A stretch of 63,588 bases of DNA, the filler included, from Platydemus manokwari (Eukaryota), in NCBI GenBank assembly GCA_037951405.1. It is 5 parts of 5 records of this genome, joined end to end, with 100 filler letters (N's around TTAATTAATTAA, not from the genome) between each part and the next. Parts side by side here need not be neighbours in the genome. Positions count along the whole stretch, not along the records: positions 25,744 to 41,926 come from JBBMOY011204765.1; positions 42,027 to 54,563 come from JBBMOY010093343.1; 3 more parts are not named here. One strand, given 5' to 3'. The notes below the pieces were generated by a model that had not been told where the DNA came from, searched no databases, and worked only from the letters and a program-made list of their open reading frames with translations. Shown one piece after another: positions 40,731 through 54,663 of this stretch. How positions within the stretch are numbered: the stretch's first letter is position 1; each line of letters starts with the position of its first letter. Made by a program: the position numbers and the translations under genes.

Positions 40731-41382
40731 ATTTAGCATTAGAAAATTATAAATTTATTAATAATGATTCATTTGAGTTTATATTAAATAATAAAATCTA
40801 TAATAAACTTATAATAAAATCTATAATATAATCAATAAGTTTAATTATTTAAAATGAAAATTAACTAAAGCTATTGAAATAAAATAGAAATATTTTGTTA
40901 AAGTAATAAAAGAAGCAACAGAAATAAATTTATGTTTCAAGGTTAAATAATGAAAGAGCATTAAATCGAAAATAATGTTATAAGGATCTGAAAATTGAAA
41001 AATTACTTTTATTATCGCGATAATCAAATTAAAATAATTTTCACAAATTAAGTAATTTAATTAAATAAAATAAAATAAATTTCCAAGATTCCTTCGGAGT
41101 GAAAGTTTGAAAATCAGAACAGAATTTACGATTAAAAGACATGAGATAAATATCAATATTAGTATCATATTCAAGGCATTTTGAAAATCTTTATGATTAG
41201 TTCTCAACTTAGTTCAGTTTGAGTTATTAAACTCATAAATCCGAATTGTTTGATGGTTGGATTAATAATTGTTAGTACTTAAGAATTAAACGAGCTTACA
41301 GTCACATATACACAGACTTCTACCATAGTAGAGATAAGACAAGCGCAATGTTTGGCTTAACCAAGATAAAGTGTCCTTAAAT

Positions 41383-41740
41383 CTACTTTCGTTATGATGA
41401 ATTTTCGCGCATGGGATAATTTTATAACTTAATTTTTTATAACTGCTATATTTGATTTATTCGTATCATTAAGTTAATATCTCATTTTTTAAGATGTCTA
41501 ATAGTGATAAAACTAGTCACAACACTTTTATATGATTTTTCAAAATTAAATTTTTTAAATTATAAATCGAGTTAGTTAATTACAGACATGTTTAATAACA
41601 TCATTGGTTAGTTTTATAAAAAATTTGTTAAAATTGAGAACATGTCTCAATTTGATTCTAATGTTAAATAACGGTTCCTCGTTAATTTTCAATAAACTCC
41701 AATTCGACCTACTTTTTCATTTTTTCAAATAATCAAATTT
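41383..41740 (-). repeat. Dispersed repeat, inverted copy of 32673-33065
   Basis: Reverse-complement alignment by eye over ~360 bp. Confidence 0.8.
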
Positions 41741-41926
41741 TAGAAGATTTTCAAGCTCTAGTGTATTTAATATTTGATTTCAAACAACTAAAAATTTTTC
41801 TGAAGTACTTAAATAAAAAATTCAAAACGTTTTTATATAATATTATAAAAGGCTTAAGTTAAGAAAAAGGGTCCTTTGACCCAATTTTAAAGTAATGACT
41901 TTTCGTGAGTTTTTTTATATTAAAAT

Positions 41927-42026
41927 NNNNNNNNNNNNNNNNNNNNNNNNNNNNNNNNNNNNNNNNNNNNTTAATTAATTAANNNNNNNNNNNNNNNNNN
42001 NNNNNNNNNNNNNNNNNNNNNNNNNN
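41927..42026. other. Assembly gap with artificial linker
   Basis: N44-TTAATTAATTAA-N44. Confidence 0.97.
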
Positions 42027-42515
42027 CAATTTTAATTTACATTTTATTCAAATTTTAATCAGATTTAATTTAATTTTATAAAAAATTAAATCAAGGTAAA
42101 ATTAGAAATATTTGTTTAAATATTTGGATTTAAAATATATCGATTGTGTCTTGACTTTTATTGTTTTATTTTAGTGTGTGGTTTTTAAAATAGTAGAGGC
42201 TTACAATGACTTTTATTTATTTTAATTGAGTTGAGAAGTCATAAAGAAAAATTTTATATCTTCACCTAAAATCATTAGAAATAGTTATTTCGTTGAAAAT
42301 TTATAATTAATGAAGACATTGTTATGAATCAGATAATGCTTAAATTAGATAATTGTTAAAAATTTTCCCGAGTAGGTCGTAGCAAACGGTCAAATATTTA
42401 CGCTACCTTATAATATTCCTGTTTGCACTAAATTTTCTTGAAGTTTTAAGTCCTTACCAGAGGTTAATTCATTATTTATTTTAATTATCATCAATTTATA
42501 ATAATATTCTTATCA

Positions 42516-45500
42516 ATGGAGTAAGTTTGTTTTTCATAATTTAATAAGGTTTTCGATCTTAAAATATCTTAAACTCTAAAACACTAGAAATATTTTTGAA
42601 AATTTTCAAAAAATGAAGGTTTGACTTCAATTATTTATGGTGAATAATTTTGAGTAAAAATATTTTTTATTAAAGAAATAATTTTATGAGATTTCGTAAC
42701 AAAATTTTTTATATTTTTCTGTTTTTAATGTAACCTATAGTTTTTATAAAGAAATTCTAGATTTTTCAACCCAAATCTTTCAAACAATCTCTCAGAACAT
42801 ATGTAACATGAAATTGATTTAATAAAAAATTATATTATTACAATGCATTATAAGTTCAATTTTTTCGATTTATTTGGGCTTTCATTAAATATATAGATTT
42901 TAACGAGAACAACGAGCTTGTTAAGGACTGCCCAATGTGTTGCGGTGAGTATAAAATAACCGAAGTTGGTTTTTTATTACAAATCTAAATTATTTATAAT
43001 AAAATAATTGTGTGCTCTAGATGTGCAATTTTATAACATGCACACACGAGTTTTGTAAATCTTGTACGATGGACTGGCTTCGAGAAATTATTATGAAAAA
43101 ATATCCGTGGAAATGGAATTGTCCTTGTTGTACTGATAGGGATTCTAATAATATTGATAGAAATATATATTATGATCAATTAAGAAAAATAATTTCGCAT
43201 GAAGAAAGTCTTTTGAAAGTATTTGAGGAGAAACTTTTGTTCGAGAAATCAAGGCAGTGTTTTAACTTTTATTGGTGTGCCAATGAAATGGTTATATTTC
43301 GATGTGTATTGATTTTATTTCATATGCTATTCATAAATTATGATATTAATAATTGATTATATAACCAATAATAATTAATTAATAATTTTTATTTATTGGG
43401 ATTTGTTGTTAATTTGATATCCAGTACAGCGATCAATTATTTAGAAAGATAATATAATAATTCTTATGAGATTTTCAATGATTAGATATTTAATTTTAAA
43501 ATAATCAAATTAAAAAATAAAATATATTAAAAATGATATTTTGTTTAAATATTTTTGTGATTATTTTTCTATTTATATATCATGAAATAGTAACCGATGA
43601 GTGACCATGGATTTGGACTCGACTTTGACACCATAAAAATAGAGACAGTAAATAATATATAATTTAGAGCAGTGTTCTTGAAAAATTTTGTTCATTGTAG
43701 GCTAGTGATGACGATTTTTGATTACTGTGATTTGTTACTTGTTTATTTTCTTCTGTTTTTCTATGTCAAACAATGCAGTTAATATTATTCATAATTCGTA
43801 TACGAATCAATTGTAATTATATGGTCACAGAGATAGTGGGAAGCACATTCACAAGAACATTGTTTGTTGTTTGACAAATAAACTTCTTTCCCAAATCTTT
43901 CAACCATCGGATCTTATTAAAAAATATTCAATAAAAACAATTTGCCTAATACATCAAAAATGGCGTTAATAATCAATATAAAAAAGAAAATCTTGTTATT
44001 TTTACGTCTACCTTATAAAGTACAGCTAGTTATAACCTGGTAATTTACTTGAATTATCTTTATGAATTCTTATCAATAATTTCATAATGTTTAGAAATAG
44101 TTTTATTATGATAATTTTATAGTGCAAAAAGGTTTTCCAATCACAGAATGGTAAGATGATACAGTGTCCAGAATGTCAACAATATATGTGTGCATCATGT
44201 AAAAGAAGTGTAGGATTTCTTTTCATGTTAATCTGTATTTTGATTTTTAAAATTCCAATATTAGTGGGTACCGGAGCACGAGGGAAGAAAGTGTGATGAA
44301 TATCAACTTCTGATGCTAAATAATTATCTGGGCAATTGGAAATTTTCCAAATACCCCACTCTCAGTAAACAATATCGATTATTTCATAAATTCATTTTTT
44401 TAAATGTGTTTATTACTGTTTAATTTAAAGCAAAATAAACATTTTTTGTTAATTAATCGATTAAAAACCATTGAATATAAATAAAATATAAAAATAAAAA
44501 AATAACATTTATTATTGAATGAATGTTTTATTTAATTTTCTTTGATTTTTTAAAATGAATTAAAACGTTTTATTAAAACAAATTGCTAACTCTGATATTC
44601 AAACAAAAATTGGGTGGAATTTATTTTTAAACAGAATGTGTTGACTGTGGAAAGCGTCATTCTATCGATACCGGAGGAAGTCTTCACTTTCAATGTAGCA
44701 AACCTTTTTGTAGAGGTTGTTTTCAGTTCTTTGTCATGGTGATATGAATATATTTATGTCATTAATTTTATCTATGCTTAGAAATGTGATAAACCCAATT
44801 GTGAAATGACACATTTTCACGGCCATCATCCACGAAATTGCTTGTATTTTCTTCGGGATTATTGTGTAGAAGATTTGGAAAAAATGTTAAAGGTCAGTTT
44901 TGAATAAATATTAATTTAAGAATCAATAGGTTAAGAAGTCAAATAGGTTTCAATAATCAATATAATAATGAAAATATATTTACATTAACGCTTTCAATGA
45001 TCAATATAATTTGCTTGAATATTGTGATGAAATATGTTTGTGTGGAACTTATTAAATTGGTGTTTCAATTCGTGTTTAATATGAATGAACAATTCAATTG
45101 ATTTTTGGGGTTAAAGAAATTTATTACGATTGCCATGAAATGAGAATTGTCTATGAAATTTATTTTTTGAAATGACATATTAAAATACGTTCAGGTACAT
45201 GATTGGTGAGATAAACGAATATCAATTTAATAATAGAAAATTTTTTATCAAATCATCACAAATCTTTTCAAAAGAAATAAATTCAAATATAAATCAATAT
45301 AATGTGAACAAGAAATTAAATAGTTTGTGATCAATTTTTGGAGAACTATGGAATGTATTAGAGAAGGTATTCAATTGGTTGCACCAGATTCAAGATCAAA
45401 TAATTGCACAAATTACATAATATGCCAGTTGTGTAATGAGTTATTGATGTTAAAATACACCAGTTTTAAATTCAACTACCTTAAATTTCTTTGACCCATA

Positions 45501-46973
45501 CAAATATATACAAAATATCGATACATACAATCAACTCATGACAGAGGAGATCACAATATGCACTTCATGAAATGATGAATTAATTCGAAAAATTATTTCG
45601 AGTACATCAATCAATAATCACGACAAATATGTTTTTGTAGCAAAATTGAGAATAATGTCAATAATAAATCGCATGGTTGATAAGAATCTTACAGAATCTG
45701 ATTTTTAGCTTTTCTTTCATTTCTTTCAGTGTAGTTGTTTTGTAATCTGTCTTAGGCGACCATGACTTACTATTTCTGTTATCATAAATAAACCTTTTCG
45801 ATTATAAATATTTGTTTTATATAATATTGTCTCCAAAAACAAATTTCTATTAAGTTAATCGATATTTCGGTAGACTATTTCGATTATTAGTTTGTAATAA
45901 GTTTTATTGGCTAAATGGAATTGTTCCTGTTTTAGTTATCTGATCGTTAGGAGTGTTTTTGAGTGAATATCAATGAATTTGAATAATGAAATAGTTATTT
46001 AGTAGTCGTACAAATTGAATAGCGAAGTTAGATTTCAAGAAAACAATAACAACGGGATTTAAAAAGTATCAGGCCTAAGAAAAATATTAATAATGTTAAG
46101 ACATGATGATCATTCAATTTTTTGATTAAAATTATGCTCTTAAAGTTTTGGTTGTTTGTAATATTTTTTAAAAATTCGGGCCATTTATACATAGGTCTTT
46201 TAATGTTCTAACGAATTGATCACGATTATCTAAACTTATTCTTATCTAGTGTCTCAGATGTTTTAGGAAAATAATTTATGGATTTACAAATTGCATCTTA
46301 TACTGAGAGATAAAAGATTTACACGTTTTGAATTCAATTAAAATATTAGCATCTAAAATTGTGTAAAATCAATATTGAATATATTTTATAATTTTTTATA
46401 GAAATCAGATTATCCAAAACTAACGGGAAAAAGACATAATAATTGTAATTTACTCATTTCACGTGATGGTTATGATGACCATATATGTAATGAAGCGACA
46501 TACGCATCCACTGGATTGTGTGAGTAAGTGTTATTATTGATTTAAATATTCGAGTGGCAACCATTGAGACAACAATTTATAAATGACAACGCAATCATTT
46601 CAATTATTGATTATACATTACTTAACAGTTATAATTAAATTAGACTTTATCAATGAATTATATGGCGATTATTTATATATAAATTCCTAGGAGACATTAT
46701 AAAGAATATCTTGTTCATTTCATCCAACGATACAAAGTTGATCCAGCCGAATTTGCAAATATTAATGAGCTCAATCTAATGCTGTTTCAATCATTACTTC
46801 CTAAATTACACAAAGATAAAGATGAAAACGACAATCTATTTCGAGAACGATTGATAAAAGTCATTGGAAATTTCTTTTAATTTATTATACAATAATTGTC
46901 AAATTAGACGGTCAAGGAATCTTGTCCATTATATGTTCCGAAGGAATCCAATTTGTCATTATTCAATAATTGA
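42516..46973 (+). CDS. HOIP/RNF31-like RBR-LDD protein (~387 aa) with catalytic Cys->Ser; exons 42516-42520, 42741-42802, 42897-42964, 43021-43290, 44123-44209, 44265-44364, 44635-44738, 44782-44892, 46402-46523, 46691-46859, 46908-46973
   Basis: All ten introns are GT-AG with compatible phases. RING1: CPMC...CTHEFCKSC...CPCC. IBR: WCANEMC...CPEC...CASC...HEGRKC. RING2: CVDC...GGSLHFQC...FCRGC. HOIP-specific LDD: HGHHPRNCLYFLRD and GLCERHYKEYLV...DP. The first two exons are less certain. Confidence 0.85.
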
Positions 46974-47249
46974 TGAGAACTATATGGGAATCGTCCAAAT
47001 GAAATATTTTACTGAAAATTGATTTTGTGATTTAATGATTTTGCCGTAATATATCCATTTATAAAGTTTTGTTAATTTTTATTTTCATTTTTCATATGAT
47101 AAAAATAATGACAATGTTTAATAAAAATGTTTTTTGATGTCTTTTATCTGTGTAATTTCATATGATTTCAGAAATCAATAATTGTTTATAATTTAGAAAA
47201 CCGGTATTGGTTAAAATAGAATAAATTATAAATGAATTATGAGATTTAT

Positions 47250-47850
47250 GTTTATCCATATTTATAATATATGATGAGTGGAATTGGTGTTTTTTCTAAG
47301 TTTTTGAAAATTTTTATGATGTTTATGCATAGATTTTTAACTACTTAATCTCAATAAATTCTATCCAGTCATCGTCCTTCATAGATTCACTCATCTTATC
47401 TAGCGGGCTTTGACATAAGCTCAAAAAATCTGCAAATCTTATACATTCATAATCAAATTAAATATAAATTTCTTAGTATCATGGCAATGTTTTTATTTGT
47501 TTTTTATTGGATTTTAGAGGTGAGTCTTTGAAAATTAAATGAAAATCAACGTTTTGGTCCATTAGTTCAGTTTTCCAGCATGTTTATTATCTTTTCTTTA
47601 AAATAAAGATCGTGATCTCGAATTTTTAATCTTTTTATTTTTAATATAATACTCTAATTTTAATTCTTTTTGCTTTTTGGATTTTATTTTGTTTTTTCAA
47701 AGAATAAAATGTTCGTGTTACCCATAAGATCAATTGATTTTGATTTTTTATTCCGAATATTTGTTTTCTGTGGTTAAGATGACCGATCCATATCCATCTC
47801 CCACATTTATATAACCAAAGTATTTGGTTTTGTATTTATCAAATATATTT
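47250..47850 (-). mobile_element. Possible Polinton/Maverick DNA polymerase B relic
   Basis: Broken minus-strand peptides KIRDHD and IRFADFLSLCQSPLDKMSESM resemble the pPolB RDHxH and RFxDS...SLDKL motifs. Judged from memory, not by search. Confidence 0.3.
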
Positions 47851-47960
47851 TACAGATTAAAGTTATATAAAAACGAGTGATATTATCATTATTTTGATAA
47901 TATATTTAAATTTAAATTATTTCAATCGATACCATATTCAAAATTTAAATTCCAACCCTT

Positions 47961-48308
47961 ATGTCAAGATATACAGGTTGCCAATGCCATGATCAGGAAG
48001 TACCATTTCCAAATTGCGTTTTACCATCTGAAACCGCTCGATTAGAAGAATTGCGAATAAGACAACGTGAAGCTTTACAACAGCAAGAGGCTTTAGCAAG
48101 AACACAAAAATGCGTTTGTAAATGCCATCCGGGATCGATTTTCTACGCAGATGGCTTAACACTGAAGCGTGACCGAACGTTAGAAAAACAAATAATGCCA
48201 ATTTATCCAATAATTCCAGATAAATTTCGTCCAAACTTTTCGTACGAAAAAAATTGCCAGAATAAAAAACCCGCATTCACCTCTCCAAATTATAACAGTA
48301 CAAAGTGA
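47961..48308 (+). CDS. 115-aa orphan protein with CQCH and CVCKCH motifs flanking a Q/E/R-rich helix
   Basis: ATG-to-TGA single exon with GC well above flanks and AATAAA at 48347. No family recognised. Confidence 0.65.
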   Translation: MSRYTGCQCHDQEVPFPNCVLPSETARLEELRIRQREALQQQEALARTQKCVCKCHPGSIFYADGLTLKRDRTLEKQIMPIYPIIPDKFRPNFSYEKNCQNKKPAFTSPNYNSTK

Positions 48309-50183
48309 ATGAATCACTCATGCGGAAGATATTGATGTGAACGATTAATAAAGCCATTAGATACTTCATTCTTCATTAATACCTTGAAAATCAATATTTG
48401 ATAAAAGCGAGATAAAATATTTAAAATTTATTATTAATAATAGCTAAAGTAGAACAAAAATTTATTATTTTTTTCAAATAATTTATTAACAATACTTGTG
48501 ACTTCATAATACTTCAATATGTCTGCAGATATATCCACAATTTTTATAGAAAATCTATATTTTATATCATTTTCAATGAAGATTGTAAGTGGCTATCATT
48601 TAATAAAGCATTCATTGAAAAGGATTGGAAAAGTCAATTCATAAAATTTTGCATTTTACTACAATTATTTAAACTAACTAATATCTTCGAATTAATGTCT
48701 TTTGATATAATTTCCCAAATTTTTTAAATTCAAATTTTAAAATCCTCACAAATATAAAAACTTTATTACTTATATATACTTGAAATTGTAGGCAATAATT
48801 AATCATAATGCTAATCACAAAAATAATTAGGATTGTTACTTAATTTTACTTTTAAGGTCTTTTTAATTATTTTATAATAATAATAATTATTAATGGCCCG
48901 AACTCTGATGACTCACGGGAAGTGATGATCCTTAATATTTGATGTTTTTTCTTTTCGATCTTATATGAAGGCAAGATGAGCAGCACCGGATAGTCTATTT
49001 ATTAAAATTTTATAATGGAACCCTATATGGAATTTCTTTCTATTGTTTCTAACTTCTCCAACAGTAACTATAAAAAATTTATAATCACGCTCAATGACAA
49101 TTTATTGACTTTTCTCTTCATATCTTTTAAACTACCGAGCAGGTAATCAATTGAGAGTGATAATGACAGATTTGTGAAATGATTTGTCTATCAAAATCCA
49201 AAATAACACTCTGCTTAGATACAAAAATATATTACTAGAACAATTACAATTGATTTTTAAATAAAGCCGATTTAATCCTTACAGTTCGCAGTAATGACTT
49301 AACAAGCACCATATGTTGAGTACAACCAATTAAAGAATGAGCTTTGATCAGGTAAATACGAAATACACATACACATATTTATATGATTTTAACGCTAAAA
49401 GCATTTTACTGAACTTCTGGACCAAATGGCCTTTTCTTTTGACTATGGTAAACGATTTCAAATAACTAGGTTTTACCAGATAACAAATGGACATACACGA
49501 ACATTGAATATGTAGAACAGTAATGGTTTTGATCACGAACAAATATCTTCCAACAGTAGTAAAATCGAGCAAAGGCACTGTCCGATGTTGATATATTTAT
49601 ACGATTTTTGGATTTAATTAACCGTTATTTCTTTTATTATTTATATTTTTGGGTTTTATAATTCCAAAGGATTTTTATAATTTATAAAATTTAATTCTAC
49701 TTCCATGCGGGTGTTTTTGATTTATTACATTATTTTAAACCATTTTTACACGCGCTTTAAATAATGGCTAAGTATATTTCAAAAGGGATTTTCCATTTAT
49801 TATTCAGTTCTATTTATTATTATTTTATTCATAATATAAAATTCCTAAGATTAAACTATACACTCAATATAGCTAATTTTTTCATCCAATAAAGTATTTT
49901 TTCATAATATAAAAGATAAATGTTATTTAGACATAGATGAGCCAATTGTCAAAATTAATTTAATGGATTTCTCAAAACATCAACAATAATAATATTGATA
50001 AAATAAAGAAATATTAAGCATTCCATCCAAACAAAATATTCATTTTACAAATATCTTTTTCTTATATCAGATAATCTCCTTTTTCGTCTGAAATCTACTT
50101 ACAGGTAATTCACTTTCTCATCACATTATTTCATACAAATCTCGAAAGTCGTCAAAAAATATTCTTCAGCTGTTTCGAATAAT

Positions 50184-50821
50184 TGTTGTGGTAAAACCGT
50201 TTTCTTCCAAAAATATCCCTCACACTATGTTTCAATGTCTTGTGTTTCATTTTAATATTATTGTTGCTTTATCAAACAACAATTTGAATCTACAAATCTG
50301 TATTAAATAAAATAATACACTCAAAGTCTCAATAATAACAACAACAAATCTATACTCAATTCACAAAGAAAATCATTCAAGATTGGATCAGCGCCCAAAA
50401 GTCAAACACAGAATGAAGAGTAATAAAAAAAACTGATTACCAAAATCACACGTAAGGTAAGCGCTGAAATTACCGCCGAAAAAAGACTGGCGGGAATCAA
50501 TGGAACTCAACCGCTTTTATAGACCTATCGGGTGTGTATGCTTCATGTCACAGATCTTCGTTTTCAATTCGCTGAATTTGTTTGTGAATTGATATACTTG
50601 AAATTTTCCTTATATCTCTCGTGCCATTGGCAGATATTTGAGTTTGCTGCTGTTTGTAGGTACGCGCTTGTCGATTCTTAGCTTCTAAATGTGGATTAAC
50701 ATTAGAATGAATCTGATTGGTTAACAGAACTTAGTTTATCTGGTTTGTGTGTATTGACCCTTTTTAGGGTTCTTTCCTTGGTTCTTGTGACCTTTTTGAT
50801 TGATTCGTGATATACCTAACA
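50184..50821 (-). mobile_element. ~640-bp solo LTR of the same family
   Basis: TGTT...AACA termini and strong similarity to ~10445-10750 (inverted) and ~11030-11383. TSD unclear. Confidence 0.7.
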
Positions 50822-51249
50822 TTATGCATGGTCATTATAAATATTAACTCAAGGAAAACATTTATAGATAAATTTTATTTTTAATTATAGTTCGAAATTT
50901 ATAATATTCTGTTTAAAAAATCAGAACCGTGAATGTTGACTGTGTCTATTTGTGGGGATTTATTTCTTGAGATGGGTAGATCTCTACATTCAAAAATTGT
51001 GAAGCAGAGTTAGTTTGCGATTTTTCAGTATTTTCACCCACAAATGTAAAAAAGTGTTCCTTAATCTTTTTCAATATCATTAATTTTCACGAATGATTTG
51101 ATATTAAAATTTAATTTTGAGTATGTGTTTCTAAAGGTACATATTGAACTTTAATTTAATAAAAAATTTCAATCTTACCGGAAAAATGTGTGAGTAAATT
51201 TATATTTTCAGTGTTCCTCATAATTCTGTGTATTTTTGCTTTTCTGGAT

Positions 51250-51721
51250 TGACAAAGCATTTTGAATGATGCTGTTGGGTTCTACTTCTAAATTACTGAA
51301 TAATCACTGACACCAAAACTCGAAGGCTATAGATTTTATTTCCTATCCGCGTACTGATCAGTAAGACTTAGAAATACTTGCACCACTCATAAACATAATC
51401 AAAACCTGGCTTTCAACTTCAGATTTATGTGTAATTTTTGTGTGATGTTGTATCACATCTTTGCTTTCCATGGCTTATAAGTTTTTGCAGAAATGGGATT
51501 GTGTATTGTTGTGTGGCTATGTCCGTTTTTTCAATTGATAGTTTAACACCAAACTCCAATGTGAATGGTTGGTTACCATGCCTGTATGATTGTGTAGGTA
51601 TGGAAATGTTTAAAGTGCTTAAACAATGGTCGCAAGGTGTAAATCCGTTTTTCTTTTGCAGAATTTCATCACACTCAACAATACCATATTTGTCCCAAAA
51701 CTAATGACCGGGCTTAGACAT
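51250..51721 (-). mobile_element. Possible decayed hAT (BED finger) transposase 5' part
   Basis: Minus strand MSKPGH*FWDKY...CDHCLSTL...YRH resembles a BED zinc finger; contains stops. Confidence 0.3.
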
Positions 51722-54109
51722 TTTCAATTAAATATTAAGTAATATATCAAATATTAATTTTATCTTCATCTTCTAACCATTGGATCTAGTTTTGTCATGT
51801 TTCGAGTTTAGTTTTATTTTTATAATTTGTTTTTGCAATTATGAAGAAGTAGATTTACTAACAAAGCTCATTTGTTAATGATACTTTTATGTAACCTCTT
51901 TTTAAGTAAAAGTTTACACTTTAATTTGTCGAGTATGGATAAAACGTAATTCTAAAAATAATATTCTAACTACTTTCTACATGATTTTTTGCATTTGCAT
52001 AGAAACTTTATAAAATTTCCAAAACCACATTTGAACACGTGCATTCAAGCTGCTAATTGAAAATCAATATTTTTAAAATTGTAAATCGTCTTAATAAACT
52101 CCTGGTGTGTTTAGTAATGTAGTAGTAATTCGTTCTTATCAAATAATTGGAAAATTGTTCAAAGCATGGATATATTTCATATATCCAGCTGATAATACGA
52201 TAATCTTTTTGAAATGAATTCTTTGTATCCATATAAGTGAATTTTTGGAAATAAATTACTTGACTAAAAAGCGAATTTCTAGACAGTAAAACCCAAAAAA
52301 TGCGCACCCATCGATGAATCGATAATCAACATGAGATAATATTTCCAGAGTACATAAGAAATTCATTACAACTAATTTAATATAAATGCAATAGGGATTT
52401 CCAATATAAAATTCAAGACATTGCACCATTTATTTAATACGAACGATTGATATTCGATCAATTTCTTCAATAGATAAATTAATAAACACAACTTTGCATT
52501 TAATATGATTCCATTATAATTGTATAGGAATACACAATATTTTAAGCTTTATTTTATCTAAAACCAAATCAATTTAATAATTAAGTGACGAAAATTAAAC
52601 CAAATTGTCTTCAAACAAGGCACTAAACTTAAAATAAACAGGGAAATCTTATCGAACCATAAAAGTGGTAAAAATCGATAACTTACTCACATCAAGAGAA
52701 ATTTATTCGGAGAATAAGAAACAACCGATAACGAAATTTATGTAAATTGAAATTAGTATTTTTTTTACTGTAAGTTAATAGTAAAATTATATTTTATAAT
52801 TTTGTCTTTTCTTGACAAAGGAACAAGAAATGGTAGGAAAAAGCACCGAGATAAAAAATTTCTCTAGTAGAAAATTTCAAGACAATTTGCCAACACAATG
52901 ATGTTCAAATATTTGCTTGTTCTTGTAGATGTAACTCGATAGTTTTATAATTTAGTTTACATTTACAAGCTGATACATTTTTTTTATTAAGAAGTATGTC
53001 AAAACGACTTTAGGAAAGTTCAATATGAAAAGTATGTTTAACCAAAATATTCATACAAATTATTTATATTAACTTTAAAATTCTCAAAACAGTCACAAAG
53101 TTTTAACTTGAAAACACTTGATAAATGAATTTGACATTAATTCCAACTAAACATCAAACATGCTATATAAAATAATCAGCTCTTGCAAGTGGGTTTCTCA
53201 AAATTATTAAAAATACTAAAAAGTCAAATGTTTATTAAATATACAAAACTGCAGTTAAATTAATTAGATAAATATCATTAATTTTATTTTAAAAATGTAG
53301 TAGTAATGAATTTGTTAATCACAACATAAATAATTTTTAAAGCTATTTAGTATGAAAGATCTTTATTAACATTATTTTTATAGTATTAATTGGAACAGAA
53401 AAACAATAAAACTGATCGATCTATTTCAAACTATCAAGTCACTTCAAATAATCCATTGAAAACTACACAAAAGCAAAAATATTGGAAATCTCAAATAAAA
53501 TTTAGCCGATTGTCCACGAAATTTATTTCAAAACAATATAATTGACAGAAAGATATAGTAAAATATTAAAATAATGATGAGGATGACACATGCAAAAAAT
53601 TATCATTGATATTAAGATTACCACCACCAACAAATAGTTGAGAATAGCAAAAGACAGCGCTATGCCTCAGTGTTTTGTTGCGGTGGAGAGTCTAGTGTTT
53701 TATCTTTGTTTAAATACTTTTCTTCTGCTCTCCATTTCTCTCTTGGCTGACTGTAAACTTTGATGATCTAAGTAAAATTTATAATTATTATTATATATTA
53801 TTATTGTTATTATTATAAACATCTTTTATTTAAATTTCAAATTATAGTTTTGGATGAAGACCTTTGTAAAATTGATAATCGCTTATTAAAAAAGTTGTAA
53901 TGTTTCTATTGCAGTGGAATAACTTTTCATAGATTTAATCCAACCAAATTTATGTTGTACATTATATTTGTATAAAATACTTCTGTAAATCTGGTCTGGA
54001 TTTATAAATTAATCGAAACATTTATTTTTCGAATAGAATATTGCAACAAGATTTAAATTTGTGTTAAATCAGTGATTTTTGAATGAATTTTGCAACACCA
54101 ATCCAAATT

Positions 54110-54473
54110 CAGAGGTGTTTCATCCATATTGTCTATCTGTGACAATTCATAGCTAAACTGCTACCGGGTATTGATAACAAATTTGTGGAAAGATAGATGA
54201 ATTTTTCTTCATAGAATTCAAGTATTCTTTGGAAAAACTTGTTCTTGTTCTTATTGCCAAACCCTGACGTTTTCTAAATTTGTAGCACCAAACTGGATCT
54301 CCCTTAAATTCAGTGATATATTGAGCTTGTGCAATTTTCTTAGCCTCCTGCATGACCATCTTTGTTGAGGCTACAATGCCTCTCTGGCGGTGCTCTTCAT
54401 GCTTTGGCCACATTTCTCCATGTTTTGGTAAATGTCGATTTTCTTTAGGTGTTAGGATCCGAATCCAACCCAC
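54110..54473 (-). mobile_element. pogo/Tigger transposase fragment
   Basis: CENP-B-type HTH (EAKKIA...FKGDPVWCYKFRKRQGLAIRTRT) followed, after a frameshift, by NMDETPL (first D of the DDD triad). Confidence 0.8.
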
Positions 54474-54563
54474 AATGAGTTATATAAGCACATATCACGC
54501 CCACAAATATAATAATATAATTTAATTCCAAAAATAAACCAAATCCTATAAATAGAATTTAAT

Positions 54564-54663
54564 NNNNNNNNNNNNNNNNNNNNNNNNNNNNNNNNNNNNN
54601 NNNNNNNTTAATTAATTAANNNNNNNNNNNNNNNNNNNNNNNNNNNNNNNNNNNNNNNNNNNN
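54564..54663. other. Assembly gap with artificial linker
   Basis: N44-TTAATTAATTAA-N44. Confidence 0.97.

Noticed and set aside
46904-46913. TTAGACGGTC resembles part of the planarian spliced leader
   Set aside because: It is the acceptor and start of the last HOIP-like exon; no further SL RNA similarity.
48969-48990. AGGCAAGATG matches the miR-31 5' end
   Set aside because: The 3' half does not match and there is no precursor hairpin.
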